Of a stretch of DNA of 64,000 nucleotides, positions 1 to 7,644 are shown in pieces. A model generated the notes under the pieces. That model saw only the letters and a list, made by a program, of their open reading frames with translations, was not told the origin of the DNA and made no database searches. Numbering within the stretch: position 1 is the first letter of the stretch; each line of letters starts with the position of its first letter. A program made the translations under genes and the position numbers. Source of the stretch: Conexivisphaerales archaeon (GTDB taxonomy: Archaea > Thermoproteota > Nitrososphaeria > Conexivisphaerales > DTJL01); NCBI GenBank assembly GCA_049509455.1, contig JBEKZX010000002.1, forward strand, positions 26,485 to 90,484, in the 5' to 3' direction.

Positions 1-1
1 C

Positions 2-229
2 AAGTCTGAGAAGTTCAGATTCCGGCTAAAGGCACGCAACGGCGAAATCATAGCTACAGGCGAAGCTTACAACTCGAAGGAAGGGTGCCTAAACGGAATC
101 GAGTCGATGAAGAGGAACGCGCCCACCGCAGCTATCGTGGAAGTCGAGCCTGTCGTCACAAGGGTAAGGAGCACCAAGCCTCGCACGCCAAGGACCACTA
201 GGACGAAGAAGAAAACAGGAATGCAATAG
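2..229 (+). CDS. YegP/DUF1508 family protein, 5'-truncated by window edge, with basic C-terminal tail
   Basis: Manual translation of frame 2: KFRFRLKARNGEIIATGEAYNSKEGCLNGIESMKRNAPTA, matching the DUF1508 pattern; TAG at 227-229. Confidence 0.85.
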   Translation, partial: KSEKFRFRLKARNGEIIATGEAYNSKEGCLNGIESMKRNAPTAAIVEVEPVVTRVRSTKPRTPRTTRTKKKTGMQ

Positions 230-258
230 AAACGGACCGAAGAGATGCCTTAATACGG

Positions 259-624
259 ATGGCTATGATATGTGATAGTCGTCGGACCTTGAAGAAGAGG
301 AAGATCGATCCGGAGGCCGTCTACTCTCTTGTAAAGCAGATCCCAAGAGGAAAGGTGACCAGCTATGGAGAGCTGGCGGTCGCTGTCGGCCATCCTAAGG
401 CAGCCCGTGCCATAGGGAGCATCATGCATGTGAATCCTTACGCGCCGGTCGTCCCGTGCCACAGGGTCGTGCATAAAGACGGCCGCATCGGAGGCTTCGG
501 GGACAAGCACGGCGTGCCTAGGAAGATTGAACTGCTGGCGGCCGAAGGAGTATTTGTGAAAAAGGGCAAGGTGAAAGACTTCGACAGGGTCTACTTTGTC
601 GGGTTCAGGACGAAGCAGTCCTGA
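259..624 (+). CDS. ogt: Methylated-DNA-protein-cysteine methyltransferase (single-domain MGMT)
   Basis: IPRGKVTSYGELA HTH, RAIG, and active-site PCHRVV motif. Confidence 0.9.
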   Translation: MAMICDSRRTLKKRKIDPEAVYSLVKQIPRGKVTSYGELAVAVGHPKAARAIGSIMHVNPYAPVVPCHRVVHKDGRIGGFGDKHGVPRKIELLAAEGVFVKKGKVKDFDRVYFVGFRTKQS

Positions 625-639
625 ATCCTGTCCATAATG

Positions 640-2796
640 TCAGCAAGGCCGTTTCTGCATCGGCGGTTTGATTAGTATCCTCGCATCTAGAGCCTTGCAG
701 CCCTTGCCATCCTCGAGTACCACGAGCGGATTAATGTCCAGCTCGCTGATCTCCTGAAGCTCGCAGGCCATCTGCGATAGCCTCTCTAGGTTCTCTTCGA
801 GTTTAGTTATATCACCTTTCTTGGAACCCCTATAGCCAGCGAGGAGCTGACTGGCTCTGGTCGAGCTGATCATGTTATACGCACCCAATTCCCTGATGGG
901 TGCCAGCCTGAATGATACATCCTTGTAAAGTTCTACCGCTGTGCCTCCCGTGCCGAAGACAATGATGGGGCCGAACTGGGGGTCTCTCTTGACACCGAGG
1001 ATGGTCTCTATTCCACCTTTCACCATTTCGTAGATTCCAACGCCCCAGACTTTCGCGTTGGGCGCGGCCGCGTTCACCGCCTTTATCATCTCTTCATACG
1101 ATTGACGTAGCGCGCTAGCGTCCTGAATGCCGACCTTGACTCCTCCTACGTCCATCTTGTGGATGATGTCGGGTGACACTATCTTCATGACCACAGGATA
1201 GCCTACCTCTTGGGCCGCTTTGATGGCCTCTTCCACGTTCTTCGCGAGATAGTGTCTTGGCACGTCGAACCTGTATGCTTCTAGGACATCGTAGGCTTCG
1301 GGTTCGGTCAGTACCTCTCTTTTCTCCTTCGTCACCGCGTCGATGATACTCTGGGCCTTCGCTCTGTCTACATCTTTGAACGTCTTCACCTCTGTCCTGC
1401 GCCTGAGGACCCAGCTTTCATACTTCTGCATCATGGCAAGGGCCCTTACGGCGGACTCGGAGAATTGGTACACAGGAACGTTGTTCTCCTCTAGGTAGAC
1501 CACCCCTTCATCGTCGGGGGGGGCCCCTGGGAATGAAACCATGATTGTCTTGTCGGTCTGGCTGGCCGCTCTAGCGATGGCTTCGGCGATGGCCTTGGTG
1601 TCGGTCATGAATTGCCTAGTGGCGATCACAATCAGGGAGTCGATGGAGGGGTCCTTTATCATGACCCCAAGTGTCTTCTCATACCTGTTCTCGTCGGCGT
1701 CCCCAATTATGTCGATGGGATTGTTCAGGGCGGCGGCGGCCGGAAGGAATGATTTCAAAGCAGTGATCGTTTCGGGCATGAGCGTTGGGATGGACATTTC
1801 ATACCTGATGCAAGCGTCAGTCGTCAGTATGCCTGGTCCCCCGGCGTTCGTGATGATGCCAATCCTGTTGCTCTTGGGAAGGCGCTGCCTAGCAAAGGCG
1901 ATAGCGTAGTCAAAGAGCTCTGCCGTGAATTCGACGCGAAGGACGCCGCTCTGGAGGAAGATGGCATCATACACTTCGTCGGAGCCGGCGAGAGACCCAG
2001 TGTGTGAAGAAGCCGCTTTGGCTCCTGCCGCCGTGCGACCGGCCTTTAGAGCCAAGATGGGCTTCCCAATTGTATCTGTCACCGTCCTGACCGTCTCTAT
2101 GAATCCTCTGCCATCGACTAGATCTTCAAGGTAAAGCAAGATGACCTTGGTCAGGGGATCGCTGGCTAGGGCCTTCAGCAGGTCGAGCTCGTTGAGAACG
2201 GCCTTGTTTCCCAAGCTTACCACTTTGGATATCCCAATGTTCCGTGAAGAAGCGTAATCCATCAGCGACACGCCTAGCGCGCCACTCTGGGAAACGATGG
2301 CAATGTTCCCAGCCCTAGGAACACGCTTAGCGAAGGTCGCGTTCAGTTGGACGTTGGGATCCATATTACCCAACCCGAGACAGTTGGGGCCAACCAGCGG
2401 CAGGTTGTAAGAATTGGCAGCTTCTTTTAGAGCCTCTTCCAACTTGGCTCCTTCGGCCCCCGTCTCTTTGAACCCGGCGCTGATGACGACCACGCCCTTG
2501 ACGTCTTTCTTGCCGCAGTCGATTATACATTGAGGCACGAACTTACTGGGGATGCATATGACAGCTAAGTCTACAGGATCTGGAATCTCTAAGACGGAAG
2601 AGTAACAACGCACTCCGAGAATGGAGCGTGTCGATGGGTTCACAGGATATACTATGCCTTTGAACCCCGTCTTCAGGATGTTGGCGAAGACGGCGTAACC
2701 TACGCTGTCCTCCCTAGCGGAGGCCCCTATCACGGCTACGGACGATGGTTTCATGAAGGCGATGAGACGGGTGAAGGTGTTATCGAGGTCTGACAT
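640..2796 (-). CDS. Acetate/acyl-CoA ligase (ADP-forming), fused alpha-beta subunits
   Basis: CoA-binding N-terminus (VAVIGAS), GPNCLG, phospho-His SHTGSLAG, and C-terminal ATP-grasp (HKMDVGGV, ELDINP). Confidence 0.93.
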   Translation of the reverse strand: MSDLDNTFTRLIAFMKPSSVAVIGASAREDSVGYAVFANILKTGFKGIVYPVNPSTRSILGVRCYSSVLEIPDPVDLAVICIPSKFVPQCIIDCGKKDVKGVVVISAGFKETGAEGAKLEEALKEAANSYNLPLVGPNCLGLGNMDPNVQLNATFAKRVPRAGNIAIVSQSGALGVSLMDYASSRNIGISKVVSLGNKAVLNELDLLKALASDPLTKVILLYLEDLVDGRGFIETVRTVTDTIGKPILALKAGRTAAGAKAASSHTGSLAGSDEVYDAIFLQSGVLRVEFTAELFDYAIAFARQRLPKSNRIGIITNAGGPGILTTDACIRYEMSIPTLMPETITALKSFLPAAAALNNPIDIIGDADENRYEKTLGVMIKDPSIDSLIVIATRQFMTDTKAIAEAIARAASQTDKTIMVSFPGAPPDDEGVVYLEENNVPVYQFSESAVRALAMMQKYESWVLRRRTEVKTFKDVDRAKAQSIIDAVTKEKREVLTEPEAYDVLEAYRFDVPRHYLAKNVEEAIKAAQEVGYPVVMKIVSPDIIHKMDVGGVKVGIQDASALRQSYEEMIKAVNAAAPNAKVWGVGIYEMVKGGIETILGVKRDPQFGPIIVFGTGGTAVELYKDVSFRLAPIRELGAYNMISSTRASQLLAGYRGSKKGDITKLEENLERLSQMACELQEISELDINPLVVLEDGKGCKALDARILIKPPMQKRPC

Positions 2797-2858
2797 GCAC
2801 CATTCATGTTCCCCACGTCGGTGGTAGTTTTAACCATGACCATCAGTCGTCAGCTTAC

Positions 2859-3044
2859 ATGTCTCCGAAAAGGGTAGGGCGTGATTCAATCTCTTTGCAT
2901 CAAACGGTAGCTTGTGTATTGAGAGCTGAACATGGTCACTGGGTGGATCAAGACGGCGATGAGACTGTAAGGCCAAAGCCGGAAGAGATGATGGGGTTAT
3001 TTCGTTCATTGAAGCTCAATGAATCGAGAGCAAGTATAAGGTAA
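2859..3044 (+). CDS. Possible small hypothetical protein (61 aa)
   Basis: ATG-initiated ORF filling an intergenic gap; no recognisable motif. Confidence 0.25.
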   Translation: MSPKRVGRDSISLHQTVACVLRAEHGHWVDQDGDETVRPKPEEMMGLFRSLKLNESRASIR

Positions 3045-3049
3045 ATATA
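3042..3049 (+). promoter_or_regulatory. TATA box of tRNA-Met gene
   Basis: TAAATATA placed so that +1 falls at about 3072. Confidence 0.6.
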
Positions 3050-3079
3050 CTGTCAGCAAGTAGGGATGCCTGCCGGGAG

Positions 3080-3210
3080 GCCGGGATTCAAACTTCAAGC
3101 CCGACAGCTCAGCCTGGTTAGAGCGCCAGCCTCCTTCGAAGGGCGATACTCATAATCTGGAGGTGGACGCGAGCCACCAGAAGTCGAGGGTTCGAAACCC
3201 TCTCCCGGCA
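3080..3210 (+). tRNA. tRNA-Met(CAT), probably elongator, with three BHB introns: 8/9 (3088-3105), 30/31 (3130-3147), 45/46 (3163-3182)
   Basis: Removing the three segments gives GCCGGGA-TA-GCTC-AGCCTGGTTA-GAGC-G-CCAGA-CTCATAA-TCTGG-AGGTC-GAGGG-TTCGAAA-CCCTC-TCCCGGC-A. Each junction has a perfect 4-bp central helix (CGGG/CCCG, CGCC/GGCG, CTGG/CCAG) with 3-nt bulges. Confidence 0.9.
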
Positions 3211-3212
3211 CC

Positions 3213-3221
3213 TTTTTCTTT
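3213..3221 (+). terminator. Oligo-T terminator after tRNA-Met
   Basis: TTTTTCTTT directly after the tRNA 3' end. Confidence 0.55.
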
Positions 3222-3286
3222 CTTGGGGCCGTTTGACGTTGTAAGCTTTAATAATTGAATGGATGGAGGGTGATGCTGTATACTGT

Positions 3287-3397
3287 ATGACCCCCAGTCA
3301 ATTCTTCTCATTCGCGGGTACGCTTACCTTCGTAATCCTCGTAGCGGCCGTCATATCCCTGTTCATATACGAGCACTACGCAGCGAAGAAAAAGTAA
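3287..3397 (+). CDS. Small single-pass membrane protein (36 aa; not in ORF track)
   Basis: MTPSQFFSFAGTLTFVILVAAVISLFIYEHYAAKKK: one hydrophobic helix plus a basic tail; GGAGGGTGA upstream. Confidence 0.55.
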   Translation: MTPSQFFSFAGTLTFVILVAAVISLFIYEHYAAKKK

Positions 3398-3413
3398 GAT
3401 AGAACGACCCGTA

Positions 3414-6122
3414 TTGACAATGGCCGCGGACGTCGCGTTACGTGTCCTCCTGTCTAAGGCTGGCATAGAAAGTCCGACCTCCATTCAGACCAAGACTTGG
3501 CCTATCATAATAAGGCGCAAGAACTCCCTTGTGTGCGCTCCCACCGGGTCAGGGAAGACGGAAGCCGTCATGATTCCGGTGCTAGTGTCGATGGCAGCCT
3601 CTCGGAAGGTGCCGGGCATCAGGGCGCTCTACGTTACGCCCTTACGGGCTCTCAATCGTGACCTTCTGGTGCGGCTGACGGAGTATGCAGAAGCGGTCGG
3701 GTTGAAGGCGGCAGTCAGACATGGCGACTCGCCAGAATCGGCCCGAAGGAAGACCTTGACGAATCCTCCTGATCTCCTCATAACCACGCCTGAAACGTTG
3801 GGGATCCTTTTGTCCTCTAAGAAGTTCAAAGAGAACCTGAGGACGGTCGAATGGGTTGTAATAGATGAAGTCCATGAGTTGGTGAACAGTAAGAGGGGAG
3901 CTCACCTAGCTATCAGCCTCGAGCGCCTCGCATACATCGCTAGCAAACCTCCGGTCAGGGTCGGGGTCTCCGCCACTATAGGGAACCTTGATTTGGCCGC
4001 CAAGTTCATCCTCGGCGCAGAGGGGGATTACGCGATAATCGTAGACCCCGTACCGAGGGAGTATGAAATAGAACCAATCCTGCTTGACGGTGACTTCCGG
4101 GCTGTGGCGAGTTACGTTCTCAAGGATATGGTAGGCAAGAACTATGGTACTTCTCTGGTATTTGCTAACACTAGAGATGAGGTGGAGATCATAACTGCTC
4201 TGATGAAAGAGAAGAACGAACTGAGCGTGGGAGTCCATCACGGCTCCCTGTCCAAGGAGATACGAGAAGATGTAGAGCGTGCGTTGAAGGGAGGGAAGCT
4301 TAGGGTCGTGGTGTCTACTTCCTCCCTTGAATTGGGTCTTGATATTGGGGACATCGACCATGTGTACCAAATCAATTCTCCGCGCCAGGTCACCAAGCTC
4401 GCTCAGAGAATAGGTCGCAGCTTCCATGAAGTTGGACATAGGGCTGGCGGAACGGTATTGTGTACCGATATGGACAACTACGTGGAAAGCCTTGCGCTCA
4501 TCAGACGCCTGAAGGAAGGCAGTATTGAGAAGATTGGTCCGTTGGACCACCCGCTAGATGTCTTGGCTCACCACATAGTCGGCACGACCATTGAGAGGGG
4601 GAGGTATTCTGGGACAGATTTCTTGACCATGGTGAGAGAAGCGTACCAGTATAGTGACCTAGACAGTCCTACATTTGACGATGTTGTGACAATCCTCGCA
4701 GGAAACTATCTCGTTTGGCATGACGGACCAACTATCAGCGGGCGAGGGAAGAAGACTTACGAATTCTACTTTTCGAACGTCTCTATGATACCGGAAGTCG
4801 AGAACTATGAAGTGGTTGAGCTGATGAGCAGGAAGAAGATTGGTTTCTTGGACGAGAGGTTCGTCGCAGAAAACATGGAACAGAACCAATCGGTTATACT
4901 GCACGGCGAACCCTGGCGCGTCGTGTCGATTGATGATCAAGAAGCCAAAGTGTTCGTCGAAAGGACGAAAACGCTCGCCGGGGCCATTCCCATATGGACG
5001 GGCGAAATGATGCCTGTCGAATGCGAGACCGCGCGGATGGTCGGACGGATCAGGAATGGTTCGTCAGGGGAAGGCGGTGAGCTTGCAAAATATCATGATC
5101 GGATTCTGGAAGAGCTGGGGGTGATTCCCGACGAGGACGATGTAATTATTGAGGTCGGAAGGGGTGGGGCTGTGATTCATTCCTGTTTCGGGACGAAGAT
5201 TAACAGCACGCTAGAGAAGATGGTTTCTGCTATGATACGGGGACTCCAGGGAGGCGTCCCTCAATCAATCAGTGACGCATATAGGATACTTGTTCTTTCA
5301 CAACCGCTTTTGAGTGGAGAAAGGCTCAGAGATTTGATTATGCAAGTGAAGGACCTAGAAGCTGTCACTGTCTCTGAAATCATTTCGTATAGAGTATTCC
5401 AGTATGCAATATGGCAGGTCGCCAAGCGATTCGGTGTGATAGACAGGACGGCGAAGTACGATCGCAGGGCAGCCAAGGTGATTATGGAGAGGTATCGACA
5501 GACACCTGTCTATGTTGAAGCCCTAAACGAAGTGTTGCAAAGGAAGTACGACATTGCAGGCGCGAAGAATGTGTTAGAAAAAATGCAGGACGGCCGCATC
5601 AGGATTGGGATTGTGAACACAGAGAGGTATTCAGTGCTTTCATCTAGAATCGTTGATGATGCGATTGATAGGGGGGTCGAGGGACCTGAGAAAGCGGTCG
5701 AAAAGCTAAAGGAGCGTCTGAGCGTCCGTCACGTCAAATTGGTTTGCCTGACCTGCGGGAAATGGAGTAGTGTGATTAAGGCTTTTGAAGCCCAAGACAA
5801 GTTCCGATGCAAACTCTGTGGTTCCAGGATGATAGCGATTACTTCGCCGTATGACATCATGACTGAGAAGGTTGCGGAGAAGAGGGTGAAGAAGAAGCGG
5901 TTGGCCGAAGATGAGGACAAACGATTCAGGAAGGCTTGGAAGTCGGCGTCGTTGGGCATGTCCTTTGGACGCAAGGCGGCTATAGCTATGTCCTGCTACG
6001 GCGTAGGTGAAGACACTGCTGGCAGGATTCTCAGACAGTCTGTGACAGAGGAAGACATGTTCCTTCAGCTCTATTATGCGGAAAGGAACTTCCTCCTTTA
6101 TCGCCAGTATTGGGACAACTAG
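3414..6122 (+). CDS. lhr: Lhr-like SF2 DEAD/DEAH helicase with C-terminal zinc ribbon
   Basis: APTGSGKT, PLRALNRD, DEVH, SAT, SSLELGLDIG, QRIGRS; C-terminal CxxC...CxxC. Confidence 0.9.
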   Translation: MTMAADVALRVLLSKAGIESPTSIQTKTWPIIIRRKNSLVCAPTGSGKTEAVMIPVLVSMAASRKVPGIRALYVTPLRALNRDLLVRLTEYAEAVGLKAAVRHGDSPESARRKTLTNPPDLLITTPETLGILLSSKKFKENLRTVEWVVIDEVHELVNSKRGAHLAISLERLAYIASKPPVRVGVSATIGNLDLAAKFILGAEGDYAIIVDPVPREYEIEPILLDGDFRAVASYVLKDMVGKNYGTSLVFANTRDEVEIITALMKEKNELSVGVHHGSLSKEIREDVERALKGGKLRVVVSTSSLELGLDIGDIDHVYQINSPRQVTKLAQRIGRSFHEVGHRAGGTVLCTDMDNYVESLALIRRLKEGSIEKIGPLDHPLDVLAHHIVGTTIERGRYSGTDFLTMVREAYQYSDLDSPTFDDVVTILAGNYLVWHDGPTISGRGKKTYEFYFSNVSMIPEVENYEVVELMSRKKIGFLDERFVAENMEQNQSVILHGEPWRVVSIDDQEAKVFVERTKTLAGAIPIWTGEMMPVECETARMVGRIRNGSSGEGGELAKYHDRILEELGVIPDEDDVIIEVGRGGAVIHSCFGTKINSTLEKMVSAMIRGLQGGVPQSISDAYRILVLSQPLLSGERLRDLIMQVKDLEAVTVSEIISYRVFQYAIWQVAKRFGVIDRTAKYDRRAAKVIMERYRQTPVYVEALNEVLQRKYDIAGAKNVLEKMQDGRIRIGIVNTERYSVLSSRIVDDAIDRGVEGPEKAVEKLKERLSVRHVKLVCLTCGKWSSVIKAFEAQDKFRCKLCGSRMIAITSPYDIMTEKVAEKRVKKKRLAEDEDKRFRKAWKSASLGMSFGRKAAIAMSCYGVGEDTAGRILRQSVTEEDMFLQLYYAERNFLLYRQYWDN

Positions 6123-7600
6123 CTCCGTATATGTTGGACCGATGAGTAGTCTCTGAGCTCTATCGAATGGCTTCCCCGGCTGTCGGTCCGAGGCAATGCA
6201 CCGTACACGAGCAGCCTTGTCCCGGGCAACAGACCGTTCAACATGTCCGATAGATTTCGCCACGCCACAAGCCTGCTTTCACCCGTTTCATCACCCACCA
6301 AGACCTCTCCCAAGGTGGTCGTCTTTCCATCTCTTAGAATGATATCCCTGGTGACGGGCTTGGCTAGGACTACCAATTCGATTATCCCCGCCGTGCGCAC
6401 GGTAGGCAAATCTTGGATCCTAAATTTGAACTGGGCGAGCCCCTGTTGTGAGTTCCCAAGGAGCTGTAGGTCGTCTTCCGACAGGTTAGAAACGAAGATT
6501 TCATCCCCCTTGACGGAGAAGTTCTTCAGCCTGACTTGGTCCCCGGAATCCATGCTGTCGAACAGCCGCGCAGAAGCGTCGCTGGCAGCCAGCAGGAAAG
6601 TGCGTTTCTCCTTCCCCAACAGCACCGACCTTCGCTGTCTGCCGGCGAAGTCGCCTATCGGGCCTACGGATATGATTACGAATGGTTCTTCTTCGTGGGT
6701 TGGTTGTTGGTTATTGCTCACCGGAGCCAGCAACTCAATCACGGTATTTTCATTGCCATGAAGCTCTAAGGAACCGTCGGGCTGACGTTTTGAATCCATG
6801 TTGATCAGCCGGATTTCCATGCCGCGTTTCACCTGCGTCTCGTATTCCGAGCGAATTGACCAGAGGACAACCCGTAACGGAGACTCGAAAGAATTCTGAC
6901 TTGACAGAGTGAGCTGGAGCGCATTGCTGGATGAGCCATCTTGCCGCTTGAATGACATGGGTTTGGGGTCGCTGGTGACGAAGCCCCTGACGACCAGACC
7001 TCGTCTCGCAAAGTTGATGTCAGAAGTCTTCAAAGTGATGGAATCTAGCTTCTTCGATCCATGGACGTGTGAATCCAACACCTCAATCTTGGTCTGGGCG
7101 CTCGAGTGAGTCTCTAGGAGATTGTCTTTCCCGATTCGTGCGGTTACGTTTGATATTCTTACAGGTTCGCCGATGGAAACGTTCGCGAACGAACCGTTCT
7201 TGGCCAAAGCGTCCCACAGCATGAGCCTCACGGTGATGCCATCGTCGAAGAGGAGAACAGATTGATATGTTCCCTCCGATCCGTCTCTCCGGCTGAAGTT
7301 GCGGGGAGTGGAGGCAGCCAAGAAATACGACTTGATGTTGACTGACGCCATCCCAGGCCCCAAGTCTTTGAGAGAGTAATCGTTTAGGCCTGCGTTAGTG
7401 AGATCGATGTTGAGTTCGCTAGCGACCAAGTAACTGGCCCCTGTGTCTGTCAGGAACCCGGAGCCGACCTTTCTTTTCTTCTCAGCGATCAGGTCAAGCA
7501 GCTTGTCCTTCGTCAGGTCACTCCGCTGTCGAGTCATCTCGCTAAGAATCTTCTCTAGTCTGTCGTCTGGCAAAGTGAGGGCAGCCGGAGAGAAGGCCAT
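6119..7600 (-). CDS. Replication protein A-like multi-OB-fold ssDNA-binding protein
   Basis: N-terminal helical domain (YLVASELNI) and repeated OB folds (FSRRDGSEG...RLMLWD; FKRQDG...VVLW; VGDETGESRLVAW). Confidence 0.8.
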   Translation of the reverse strand: MAFSPAALTLPDDRLEKILSEMTRQRSDLTKDKLLDLIAEKKRKVGSGFLTDTGASYLVASELNIDLTNAGLNDYSLKDLGPGMASVNIKSYFLAASTPRNFSRRDGSEGTYQSVLLFDDGITVRLMLWDALAKNGSFANVSIGEPVRISNVTARIGKDNLLETHSSAQTKIEVLDSHVHGSKKLDSITLKTSDINFARRGLVVRGFVTSDPKPMSFKRQDGSSSNALQLTLSSQNSFESPLRVVLWSIRSEYETQVKRGMEIRLINMDSKRQPDGSLELHGNENTVIELLAPVSNNQQPTHEEEPFVIISVGPIGDFAGRQRRSVLLGKEKRTFLLAASDASARLFDSMDSGDQVRLKNFSVKGDEIFVSNLSEDDLQLLGNSQQGLAQFKFRIQDLPTVRTAGIIELVVLAKPVTRDIILRDGKTTTLGEVLVGDETGESRLVAWRNLSDMLNGLLPGTRLLVYGALPRTDSRGSHSIELRDYSSVQHIRS

Positions 7601-7644
7601 TTGTTTGTTATATTAACCTATACGTTTTCATGCGATTACCGAAT

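Noticed and set aside
3072-3087. Leader duplicates (also 27480-27496) as tiny 8-10 nt introns, with the upstream copy as the true 5' end
   Set aside because: They are direct repeats with no BHB geometry and are too short; using the upstream copy directly would give G8 or A8 instead of U8
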